The notes under the pieces are model-generated. The model saw only the letters and a list, made by a program, of their open reading frames with translations. It ran no database searches and was not told where the DNA came from. Below are positions 27,027 through 35,798 of a stretch of 64,000 nt of DNA, piece by piece (positions within the stretch are counted from its first letter, which is position 1; each line of letters starts with the position of its first letter). The translations under genes were made by a program, and so were the position numbers. Origin of the DNA: Opitutia bacterium (GTDB lineage Bacteria; Verrucomicrobiota; Verrucomicrobiia; Opitutales; JABJCN01); assembly GCA_018668635.1 (NCBI GenBank), contig JABJCN010000157.1, forward strand, positions 170 through 64,169, written 5' to 3'.

Positions 27027-28139
27027 ATGAGCAAGGACACCTACAACATCGCCATTGTTGGCCTCGGTTTCGGGGCTGAATTCATACCCATCCACCAGGC
27101 GCACCCGAATGCGAACCTCGTGGCCGTCTGCCGTCGCAACGAGGCGGAAATGAACCAGGTCGCCGACCAGTTCAATATTCCCAAGCGCTACACGGACTAC
27201 GATGAACTCCTCAAGGACCCCGAGATTGATGCTGTCCATATTAACAGCCCGATCCCGGACCATGCCCCCCAGTCCATCAAGGCTCTTCGCGCAGGCAAGC
27301 ATGTCATGTGTACCGTTCCCATGGCGACGACGATCGAGGAATGCGAGGAAATCTGCAAGGTTGTTGATGAAACGGGGCTCAAGTACATGATGGCGGAGAC
27401 TGTGGTCTACAGCCGGGAGTTCCTCTTTATAAAAGAACTTTACGACAAGGGTGAGCTTGGTAAGATTCAACACCTCGCCGCCAGTCACCCCCAGGACATG
27501 GATGGTTGGCCCGAGTACTGGGAAAGAATGATTCCCATGCATTACGCGACCCACGTTGTCAGTCCCTGCCTTGGGATGGTCAACGGTCTGGCGGAATATG
27601 TCAGTTGTTTTGGTTCCGGCACGGTCAGGGATGATATCGCCGAGAAAAGTGGTAACAAGTTCGCTGTGGAAACCTGCCACATAAAAATAAAGGATAGTGA
27701 TCTTTCCGCCCATGTCTGGAGGTTTCTTTATGATGTTGCCCGCCAGTACAGGGAAAGCATTGATGTCTATGGATCGAAGAAAAGTTTTGAGTGGACGCTG
27801 ATTGAGGGGGAACCAAGTGTACTACACGTTGCCAAGCGCCCCGAGGCTGAAATTCCGGAAAAGGTGGATATCCCTGACTATGCACACCTGCTTCCTGAGC
27901 CTATCCAGAAATTCACTCAGACTATTGAGGATGCCGACCATCTCTCTTTTGTTCAGGGGGGCGGTCACGGAGGTTCTCATCCCCATATGGTTAACGAGTT
28001 TTTCTCTGCCCTTGTCGAGGATCGTGAACCATGGCCCAACGCCAAGACATCAGCAAACTGGACCTGTGTCGGCATATGCGCCCACCAGTCTGCCGAGAAG
28101 GGGGGCGCCATCGTCAATCTTCCGGAATTTACTCTCTAG
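27027..28139 (+). CDS. Gfo/Idh/MocA family oxidoreductase (ThuB-like)
   Basis: IAIVGLGFGAEFIPIH Rossmann start, a conserved EKP-like region, and typical length. It starts 20 nt after the ThuA-fusion stop. Confidence 0.85.
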   Translation: MSKDTYNIAIVGLGFGAEFIPIHQAHPNANLVAVCRRNEAEMNQVADQFNIPKRYTDYDELLKDPEIDAVHINSPIPDHAPQSIKALRAGKHVMCTVPMATTIEECEEICKVVDETGLKYMMAETVVYSREFLFIKELYDKGELGKIQHLAASHPQDMDGWPEYWERMIPMHYATHVVSPCLGMVNGLAEYVSCFGSGTVRDDIAEKSGNKFAVETCHIKIKDSDLSAHVWRFLYDVARQYRESIDVYGSKKSFEWTLIEGEPSVLHVAKRPEAEIPEKVDIPDYAHLLPEPIQKFTQTIEDADHLSFVQGGGHGGSHPHMVNEFFSALVEDREPWPNAKTSANWTCVGICAHQSAEKGGAIVNLPEFTL

Positions 28140-28183
28140 ACAGGAATCGACCTAAATGCTGTAAACCTCAATAACTTTTCGGT

Positions 28184-29182
28184 TTATTCGGCTGTTTGGG
28201 AAATTATTTTCCCACTGCTCCAAGTCTTCTCTTTCCATATGTTTCCACTGGGGAAGTACTCGGTTTCTTTTCCCTCCTTCTTTCCATTCTTGTAGGGGAT
28301 AACTCGCTTCTTCGAACCGTCTTTATAGTACGAAATTGAGGTGCCATGCTCTTTTCCATAGAGATATTGAATCTCCTCATCTTTTGTCGCATCCTCGTTG
28401 TAGTGGATTTCTAATCCCTGCTTAAGGCCATCTTCGTAGAAAACTTCTTTCTCCTTGTTTCCATTGAGATGGTAAAAGGTCTGTTTGCCATGCTGGAGGT
28501 CTTTTACCCAGGGGCGCTCCGATTTAATCTGTCCATTTTTGTAGTATTCTCTATTCATACCTTGCCTTATACCATGCACATAAGGGACTTCATACATTTT
28601 CCCACCTTCCCTGAAGTAACTTGACGCCATACCATGGCGCTTGCCGCCGCTGTAGGTTGTGACAATCCTTTTATTTCCGTTCTCATAGTATTGAACTCGA
28701 TCCCCGTCCAATTTGTCCTCCTTGAAGGACATTTCATAGTTCTTGGATCCGTCCTCATTGTATCGAGTCGTGATCCCATACCTCTTTCCGTCCACATATT
28801 GGGTTTCTTTTTCAATTACTCCGTCTTCGTAGGATTTAATCGAGGAACCCGTGAACGGTTTTTTCGTACCCTTGCGGTAGAATAATAATCCAAGCCTTGC
28901 AATGTCCTCTTCCGCAACTGGTAGGGTCTGTTTTTTTTCTGAGGTATTTTGAGCATTTTTATCCTCAGTGACTTGTTCCCCTTTTTGTGAGAATTCCGTT
29001 TCTTTTAAGTTTCGGGGTTGAGCATCTTCTGCTTTTCCTGCAGTTAAAGACCCCTGCTTCGCTTTTGAGGACTGTGATAAATCATGACTCTCAGGTGTGT
29101 TATCATCCGTAGCAGTCCTTTCACCGCATCCAAATAGCAGGAAATACGAAAAGCCCAGCATTAGAGTGCTCAAGTAATTCAT
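28184..29182 (-). CDS. MORN-variant (YwqK-type) repeat lipoprotein
   Basis: Lipobox LLFGC; a low-complexity linker; then about 9 repeats of the Y(Y/F)xNGxxxxExx(Y/W)xxGKxxG type. Confidence 0.7.
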   Translation of the reverse strand: MNYLSTLMLGFSYFLLFGCGERTATDDNTPESHDLSQSSKAKQGSLTAGKAEDAQPRNLKETEFSQKGEQVTEDKNAQNTSEKKQTLPVAEEDIARLGLLFYRKGTKKPFTGSSIKSYEDGVIEKETQYVDGKRYGITTRYNEDGSKNYEMSFKEDKLDGDRVQYYENGNKRIVTTYSGGKRHGMASSYFREGGKMYEVPYVHGIRQGMNREYYKNGQIKSERPWVKDLQHGKQTFYHLNGNKEKEVFYEDGLKQGLEIHYNEDATKDEEIQYLYGKEHGTSISYYKDGSKKRVIPYKNGKKEGKETEYFPSGNIWKEKTWSSGKIISQTAE

Positions 29183-29252
29183 CTTATCGGATGTTACTAA
29201 CCCTCACTAGCTTATATGCTTAGTGTCAAGGCAGGCTCCTTAGGGTGTGCTC

Positions 29253-30002
29253 CTAATCGAGGACCTTAATACGAATATTACGATAGGAAACATGGGCACC
29301 ATGGTCCTGAAGCCCGATATGCCCCTTCTTTAACCCTGCAAATCCCTCATACTTTCGAAATTTGCTCTTGGTCACACGTGCATTCCAATCATCACTGCCA
29401 AAAGTGAATTCATAGACCTTCTTCCCATTAAACATAAAAACAGCGTGGTCGTCCTTCAAGTGGACATTGACACTGTTCCACCCATCAGCGTGGATAATTT
29501 TCTCAGGTCCCTGGATGTCGTACAACTGATATAGTCCACCGGCAGATGTGCTCCGGAGATTCCTCGGGTTGTTTTCGCGATTTACCTGCATCTCGGGGGC
29601 CTTGTTCCAGATGGCACCCTTGTGGCTTGGATCAACGCGAAAAAGTATGCCACTATTCCCCTTGCTCATCCATTCCATTTTTAGTTCGTAATTCTCAAAT
29701 GCCTCCTTGGTGTAAATGTCACCTGCACCCTTGCCGGTTATAGTAAGCGCACCGTCCTTTACCTTCCATTTGGAGGTTTTGTCCAGCGGTTTGTGCGACC
29801 CCCAACGAATCCATCCATCTGTACTTTTACCATCAAAAAGAAGTTTCCATCCCTCCTTGGCCTCGGCATCGGTGAGGGAATTGAGTTCAGCCGACTGAAG
29901 TTGATAAATGAGAAACAGGTTGATGGAGATGATAACCAGTAAATGTTTCATGGGAGCAATATTAATTGATTGTTTATTGGATGCTTGAAGTTGAATAGCC
30001 AT
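29253..30002 (-). CDS. DUF1080 (3-keto-disaccharide hydrolase family) secreted protein
   Basis: GWKLLFDGKSTDGW...GNSGILFRV...GHIGLQDHGAHVSYRNIRIK. The likely true start is the ATG at 29951 (MKHLLVIISINLFL signal peptide). Confidence 0.75.
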   Translation of the reverse strand: MAIQLQASNKQSINIAPMKHLLVIISINLFLIYQLQSAELNSLTDAEAKEGWKLLFDGKSTDGWIRWGSHKPLDKTSKWKVKDGALTITGKGAGDIYTKEAFENYELKMEWMSKGNSGILFRVDPSHKGAIWNKAPEMQVNRENNPRNLRSTSAGGLYQLYDIQGPEKIIHADGWNSVNVHLKDDHAVFMFNGKKVYEFTFGSDDWNARVTKSKFRKYEGFAGLKKGHIGLQDHGAHVSYRNIRIKVLD

Positions 30003-30040
30003 GGACGGATGGATTTAGCCTCCCTGAATGGCAGGTGACG

Positions 30041-32368
30041 TCAAAATGACTCCAGTTGCGATTCCTTTTCAAATACTAGAGCAATCCTGAACCCCGAATC
30101 ATCTCCCTGATATCCACTGCGCGGCTTAAATCTGGCATCGATGCGACAGTGTAATGCCGGCGATCTCCATGAACCTCCGCGAAGTATATGGTTGAGACCG
30201 CCTGAGTTGTTAAACCAATTCTTTTGTTTTCCCCCAGGATAAGGTCCGAAAACATCACGAACCCACTCCTTTACGTTTCCCTGCATGTCATAGATGCCCA
30301 GGCTGTTCGCTTTAAGGAGGCCAACTCTTCTTGTGATGCCTCCGCTGTTTGCGGAATACCAGGTCGTGCGCTTCAATTCTTGTTTTGTGAAATCCTGACA
30401 GGCATTTTGCCACTGTGCCTCGGTCGGTAGATTATATTTCCATTGATCCGGCAGTCTGCCCGAAGCTTGCTCCAGGCGAGTTAGCTCAAGGCAGAAATCT
30501 GATGCCTGAGTCCATGAGATCTTTTCGACGGGATGGTCATCCATATCCTTGAAGCGACTCGGGTTAACTCCACGAATTGTCCTGAATTGCTTCTGTGTGA
30601 TTTCGGATTGCCCGATCCAGTAACCCCTGGTGAGGGATACCCGTGTCTGGGGGGATTCCTCAGGGTTTTCCTTCATTGGGGTGTCACTTCCCAGTTTGAC
30701 GACGCCTTCAGGAACCCAACGCATGGGGATACCGGCAGAATGAACAACAAATGGGATGGCTTCTACTGGAACATATGTCTTTATCCAGTTGGCCACATAT
30801 TCTTTATCCTCTGCCCGGAGCGTTTCGTCATCAAGATATGTTATGGATCCATCTGTGTCCCTCAGAACAAGTTGACCATCCTTGACCTGATTTAAATTGG
30901 CACGAAAAGTGACTCCATCCATATCAGTCCATGTCCGGAATCCGGGATCAGGATCATTCGGAGGAAGAGGAAGTTCGAAGAGTTCGCCTTCCAGAACGGA
31001 TATGGGTGCGGGTTCTTTCATGTACTGGGTTTCTGCTGCCAGTATCTCCTCATTCATTAACTTTCGAGACTCCTCAAACGCCTTCAGGAGTTCCTGCTGT
31101 CCAAGGAATATGGAATCTGCATTACCGGGATTCGGTTCAATCGGTGGGTTGGTCGGTAAAGATGGTGGCGAAGTATTCGGTGGTGGGTCCGGTGTCGTTG
31201 TGGGCGGTGGAATTTGATGTACTGGTGGTCTCTGGTCAGGCGCAGGTTCTCGGGCAATATCTCCTGCCTTGTTTGTTCTCGTTAGGATCACGATTATCAA
31301 AACCAGAATCACCGCACCAAGAGATGCCGCTACCCCAATTAAGTAGGGTGTCCCATTAGAGTTTCTTGATGGTTCTACAGGATTCTTGTTTTTTAATGGA
31401 GGAGTTTTGGCAGTGGTTGCTTCGGCCTTGGTCTTTGGGAGCGCATGCTTCATCTCCTCGGCACTCTGGAAGCGCTCATCTGCATTTTTTGCCAAAGCCT
31501 TTTCCAGCCATGTATCCCATTCGGGATTTATTCCCTTTTGGATTTCCGTGGGTTTCTTGAATCCTGGTGTTTCCTCGCCTGTCAGGATTTGGAAGCAGAT
31601 TAGACCCACTGCAAACAGATCACTGCGGGCATCCACCTCCTCGCCTTTTTTCTGTTCGGGAGCCATGTACTCGTAGGTGCCTACAATCGCCCGGTCAGCC
31701 GTTCTTGGTCCACTTCGGGCTTTGATTACCCTGGCTCCATCCTCAATTTCAACATCACTGGAGATCGAGGAACGAAGTTGATCCTGATGCCAACTGGCAC
31801 CCGCCATCTTGACGAGGCCAAAATCAGCGATCTTCATCCCGGTCGAATTGAGAAGGATATTGGTAGGTTTAAGGTCACGATGAACAATGCCTCGACTGTG
31901 TGCAAAGCCAATGGCAGATAGAAACTGCCGCATACATTCGATGACCTCATCTTCGGTAAGTTTCCCTCCCATGTACCATACATAGTCTTCAAGGGTGATC
32001 AGGTTACCACCGGTCGCCTCCACTCCATCCATTAATTCCATGCGTAACCAGAAACGACCATCCGTCTCGCCAAACTCATCAACAACCACAATGCCCGGAT
32101 GGTGTAATTGAGCCATGACTCGTCCCTCGGTCTTGAAATAAGAGAGGGCAATCTTGTTTTCCATGATGCTCTCATTGATCAATTTCAAGGCATGTCGAGT
32201 TCCCAGAACACGGTGCTCAACCTCGTAGACTTCGCCCATGCCTCCAACACCAAGAAGCTTCACTATTCGATATTGGCCGAAATCAGATTCAGCCTTAAGT
32301 GAACTCTCCATGCTCTCGGGCTTGAACCCGTGACTGGAGGGCGGGGGGCCTGATGGGTGCTTATCCAT
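30041..32368 (-). CDS. Transmembrane Ser/Thr protein kinase with extracytoplasmic SHD1 and FGE-sulfatase-fold (SUMF1/PvdO-like) domains
   Basis: Kinase motifs: GVGGMGEVY, ALK, HRDLKPTN, DFG, APE. TM helix: LIGVAASLGAVILVLIIVILT. A Pro-rich linker follows. SHD1-like region: FRTWTDMDGVTFRANL..GQLVL...LRAEDKEYV. FGE-fold region: GYWIGQSEIT..., YNLPTEAQW, GIYDMQGNVKEWV, RGGSW. Confidence 0.85.
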   Translation of the reverse strand: MDKHPSGPPPSSHGFKPESMESSLKAESDFGQYRIVKLLGVGGMGEVYEVEHRVLGTRHALKLINESIMENKIALSYFKTEGRVMAQLHHPGIVVVDEFGETDGRFWLRMELMDGVEATGGNLITLEDYVWYMGGKLTEDEVIECMRQFLSAIGFAHSRGIVHRDLKPTNILLNSTGMKIADFGLVKMAGASWHQDQLRSSISSDVEIEDGARVIKARSGPRTADRAIVGTYEYMAPEQKKGEEVDARSDLFAVGLICFQILTGEETPGFKKPTEIQKGINPEWDTWLEKALAKNADERFQSAEEMKHALPKTKAEATTAKTPPLKNKNPVEPSRNSNGTPYLIGVAASLGAVILVLIIVILTRTNKAGDIAREPAPDQRPPVHQIPPPTTTPDPPPNTSPPSLPTNPPIEPNPGNADSIFLGQQELLKAFEESRKLMNEEILAAETQYMKEPAPISVLEGELFELPLPPNDPDPGFRTWTDMDGVTFRANLNQVKDGQLVLRDTDGSITYLDDETLRAEDKEYVANWIKTYVPVEAIPFVVHSAGIPMRWVPEGVVKLGSDTPMKENPEESPQTRVSLTRGYWIGQSEITQKQFRTIRGVNPSRFKDMDDHPVEKISWTQASDFCLELTRLEQASGRLPDQWKYNLPTEAQWQNACQDFTKQELKRTTWYSANSGGITRRVGLLKANSLGIYDMQGNVKEWVRDVFGPYPGGKQKNWFNNSGGLNHILRGGSWRSPALHCRIDARFKPRSGYQGDDSGFRIALVFEKESQLESF

Positions 32369-32376
32369 CCCTTTGA

Positions 32377-33189
32377 TTAGCTTGGAATACCGACCTTTAA
32401 CAGGATCACGGTAACATTGTCTTTGCCTCCAGCCAGAAGCGTGTTTGAGACAAGTTTCTCTGCCGCACTAATCAATGGTTGCTTCGTCTGGAGGGCATCC
32501 AGGAGAACCTCTGTAATCTCATGATCCCAGAGTTCCTCATTCAGTCCATCAGAACAAAGGAGATAAAGGTCACCATCAGCCATCTCAAAGGAAGCAATTT
32601 CAGGGTCCAGACCCTCCGGGTGAGACCCAACTGCCTGATCAATTACATTACGGTGTGGATGAGTGCGGGACTCTTCAATCGTTATCCTGCCTTCCCTTAA
32701 GAGACGGCCAACAGGAGACTGGTCTTTGCTCAATTGCTCCAGTGTATTGTTTCGCAATCTATAAACGCGACTATCTCCCACATTGGCGAGCGTTAACTCA
32801 TTCCCCTTAAGCCAGCACAAAGTGAGGGTTGTCCCCATTCCAGCAAGGCTGGGGTCAGCATCGGTTTTCCGAAGGATACGGAAGTTGGCTTCATCAACAA
32901 TATTACGCAGAGGCTCTTCTTCCGGGTTTGGGCAGGTAGATCCTCCTGCCAACTCAAGGATGCTTTCGCGAAGAATACTGCTCGCTAATTCACCGCCTTG
33001 CACACCACCCATGCCATCCGCCACAACGGCAATGTATCCTCGGGATGAAATCTCACTGGACCCCTTGTCAGGCAATTCATCAGCACCATCCTCCCCGACG
33101 CTTAACATGACCATCGAGTCCTCGTTGTTTTTGCGAATATTACCAACGTGTGAAACGCAGGCCCAAGTGCAGGTAGACAGGTGGTTCAA
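32377..33189 (-). CDS. PP2C-family Ser/Thr protein phosphatase
   Basis: GNIRKNNEDS, VADGMGG, LCSDGL, GGKDNVTVILL. It lies 8 nt upstream of the kinase gene and overlaps the TIM-barrel gene stop by 4 nt. Confidence 0.85.
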   Translation of the reverse strand: MNHLSTCTWACVSHVGNIRKNNEDSMVMLSVGEDGADELPDKGSSEISSRGYIAVVADGMGGVQGGELASSILRESILELAGGSTCPNPEEEPLRNIVDEANFRILRKTDADPSLAGMGTTLTLCWLKGNELTLANVGDSRVYRLRNNTLEQLSKDQSPVGRLLREGRITIEESRTHPHRNVIDQAVGSHPEGLDPEIASFEMADGDLYLLCSDGLNEELWDHEITEVLLDALQTKQPLISAAEKLVSNTLLAGGKDNVTVILLKVGIPS

Positions 33190-34082
33190 GGTCTCGATCC
33201 TTCTTCTGTTTTTGATTTTTCTCCAAATACGTCCTTTAGGTATTTGAGGCTCTTGATGGCTATGGTTTCCGGATCCGGCGAGTAGTCAAACACTTCAACA
33301 GACACATAGCCCTTGTAATCAATTACATTCAGTGCCTTGGCGATTGGTTCAAACTTCACCTCTCCGAAGCCAGGACCTCTAAGGTTTGGGTCATTTGCAT
33401 GAAAATGAGCAATGTGAGCCCGGCTGTCATGAATGATTTCGGGTATAGGTTTGTTTTCGTCACTCATCGCTTTTACGTCAAGGTGCAAGCGGAGTCCGGG
33501 GTTGTCGACTTTATCAATAAGGCGAATGGTTTCCTCTGCACTGGTCAGGAAATTTGTCTCCTTTCGGGCGAGGGGTTCCATGGCGATTGTAACCCCCAGT
33601 TTATTGGCGTGTGTGGCTGCCTGATGCAATACATCGGCGGCACGATCAAGCGCATCTTCGTATTTCCATTCCGAATCAATATTACGCTGCATTGGGCTGC
33701 CCCAGACCATGATGCTTCCACCCATGGCTGCACAAATCTCAGATAAATGACATGCAAATTCAACCGTGTCCTTGCGAAGTAGATTATCTGGTGTTGTCAG
33801 GTGCAACCAACTGGGCTTTACCAGGAGCCAGTGCAATCCAACAATCTCAAGGCCAGCCTCAGCAGCTATCTTCTGTGCATTTTGTGCATCAGCGATGGTT
33901 AAATCCCGCGGGTCATCCTTTAGGGTAAAAGGTGCGACTTCTATCCCATCATAGCCAGTAGCGGAAACATGTGCGCAAGTGCGTTCAAATTCCCAATCTT
34001 GGTAGGTCTCATTACAAATAGCAAATTTCATCAACTGAAACTTCCTATAACTTGGTATTGCAGGGGCAAGCCCATTATCCAA
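33186..34082 (-). CDS. Sugar phosphate isomerase/epimerase (xylose isomerase-like TIM barrel)
   Basis: MKFAICNETY...GYDGIEVAPF...LEIVGLH...IAMEPL...HFHAND motif pattern. The likely start is the ATG at 34031. Confidence 0.75.
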   Translation of the reverse strand: MDNGLAPAIPSYRKFQLMKFAICNETYQDWEFERTCAHVSATGYDGIEVAPFTLKDDPRDLTIADAQNAQKIAAEAGLEIVGLHWLLVKPSWLHLTTPDNLLRKDTVEFACHLSEICAAMGGSIMVWGSPMQRNIDSEWKYEDALDRAADVLHQAATHANKLGVTIAMEPLARKETNFLTSAEETIRLIDKVDNPGLRLHLDVKAMSDENKPIPEIIHDSRAHIAHFHANDPNLRGPGFGEVKFEPIAKALNVIDYKGYVSVEVFDYSPDPETIAIKSLKYLKDVFGEKSKTEEGSRP

Positions 34083-34237
34083 TATTCATAAATATTGGTA
34101 GAATGCTATTGTCTATTTCACATATTCTTGCGCTCTGGCATTCATCCGTGCGCGGAGCCAGAATATCCTAAATAGCCGGGGCATACGCTATAATATGAAT
34201 ATTCCACCCAAGCCTTTCACTGTGATCCAATAAAATA

Positions 34238-35584
34238 ATGAAACGACTGAAATCACTAGTTCTAATTCTGCATATTGCCTGCTTCATCAACGCCGCTCCA
34301 TTGCCCGGGAAAAAGATTGATGCAGGTCGGACGGTCGATAAAGACCAGAATAAAGCCACCCTGACCAAGGCTACCTTCTTGGGTAAACATTGGCCATCCT
34401 GGCGAGGAGCAGGGAATTCCGGCAGCACCGGGAAGGGGGATTCGAACTTTTTTAAATACCCAACAAAATTCAGCCACAAGGATAATGTCCTCTGGAAAGC
34501 TGAACTCCCCGGCAAGGGTTGCTCCACTCCAATTGTATTGGGTGAGAAGATCGTCCTGACCTCTTCTGCGCAAGGTTCAGATGCCATAATTGCGTTTGAC
34601 TGGGCAGGCAAAAAACTCTGGCAAACAAAAGTGGGGGAGGAGCGAAAGGGAAAGCACCGCAATGGTTCAGGCAGTAACCCGTCAGTCACCACGGACGGGG
34701 AGGGTCTGTTCGCCCTCTTTAAGAGTGGAAACTTTGTCGGCCTCGACCTCGACGGAGGGATAAAATGGAAGGCCAACCTCGCAGATTTTGGAAAGGATAG
34801 TCTTTTCTGGGATTTTGGCACATCGCCCGTTAAAACAAGGAAGAATGTAATCGTCGCCCTCATGCGAAATAATAATTCATGGCTTATCGCCTTCAACAAG
34901 GAGACAGGAAAGATCGATTGGCAGGTTGAGCGAAACTATGATACCCCCAACGAGGGCGACCATAGTTATGCAACCCCTATCGTACGCATGGAAAACGGTC
35001 GCGAGACCATTCTTGTCTGGGGTGCTGAAAGACTTACATCCCATTCATCCACAGATGGTTCCATTCTCTGGAGCTGTGCGGGATTCAATCCCAACGCCAA
35101 GAAAAACTGGGTTGTGGTTGGTTCCCATATTGTCGCGGGTGAGATGGCGATTGTTCCATATGGACGGGGTACTCATCTTGCCGGAATCAAGCTTGGGGGG
35201 GCGGGGGACGTCACAAAAACACATAGGGTGTGGACTCGATCGGACAGCGGTTCATTTGTCCCAACTCCGGCTCTTTCAGATGGAAAAGTATACATTCTTC
35301 GTGACCGTGGAGAAGTTCATTGCATCAATCCACTTAATGGGAAGAGTCACTGGGAGGACAAGTTTCCTCGCGCAAGCTCAAGCTATTACTCTTCCCCTGT
35401 AATTGCGGGGAATCATCTCTACGCCACTCGTGAAGACGGAAAAATCCTGACAGCTAAAATTGATGGCGCCTTTCAATTCCTCCATGAAAATGACATGGGG
35501 GAACGTTTGATTGCCTCACTGGTTCCTGTTGCCGGCAAACTTCTTGTTCGCGGAGAAAAGAATCTTTTTTGTATCGGAAAGTAG
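34238..35584 (+). CDS. Secreted PQQ-like (BamB-like) beta-propeller repeat protein
   Basis: Signal peptide; WPSWRGAGNSG entry motif; repeated ...LW(Q/S)... blades; GEVHCINPLNGKSHWE. Confidence 0.7.
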   Translation: MKRLKSLVLILHIACFINAAPLPGKKIDAGRTVDKDQNKATLTKATFLGKHWPSWRGAGNSGSTGKGDSNFFKYPTKFSHKDNVLWKAELPGKGCSTPIVLGEKIVLTSSAQGSDAIIAFDWAGKKLWQTKVGEERKGKHRNGSGSNPSVTTDGEGLFALFKSGNFVGLDLDGGIKWKANLADFGKDSLFWDFGTSPVKTRKNVIVALMRNNNSWLIAFNKETGKIDWQVERNYDTPNEGDHSYATPIVRMENGRETILVWGAERLTSHSSTDGSILWSCAGFNPNAKKNWVVVGSHIVAGEMAIVPYGRGTHLAGIKLGGAGDVTKTHRVWTRSDSGSFVPTPALSDGKVYILRDRGEVHCINPLNGKSHWEDKFPRASSSYYSSPVIAGNHLYATREDGKILTAKIDGAFQFLHENDMGERLIASLVPVAGKLLVRGEKNLFCIGK

Positions 35585-35798
35585 ATTTTTTACAGGTCGA
35601 CTCTTTTGTCGTTGGTCCTGGGTCAGGCCATCACTCAATTCTTCTGTAAGGTTGTGTAATAACTTCGTGTATCCACAACGGTTTGTTTGAGAATACCTCC
35701 TCGCCCCTCAAGAGTTTACCCGTTCACTTGTCCCAAAGTCCAGAACCCGCATCTATTTATTTACACTTGTGAATAATACTCGGACCAAAACGACATAA

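Noticed and set aside
30041-30300. Diversity-generating retroelement (DGR) target: FGE/C-type-lectin-fold C-termini in the kinase and the giant protein resemble known DGR variable-protein scaffolds
   Set aside because: No reverse transcriptase gene is present. I could not find a template/variable repeat pair (a second near-copy differing at adenines) anywhere in the window. The C-terminal segments lack the Asn/AAY-rich variable-region pattern.
34168-34899. 243-aa minus-strand ORF spanning the 34.1-34.2 kb intergenic region and the 5' part of the propeller gene
   Set aside because: It overlaps the well-supported plus-strand PQQ-like gene, which has a signal peptide and blade motifs. Its own translation has no features. 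The intergenic part is better explained as a divergent promoter region.
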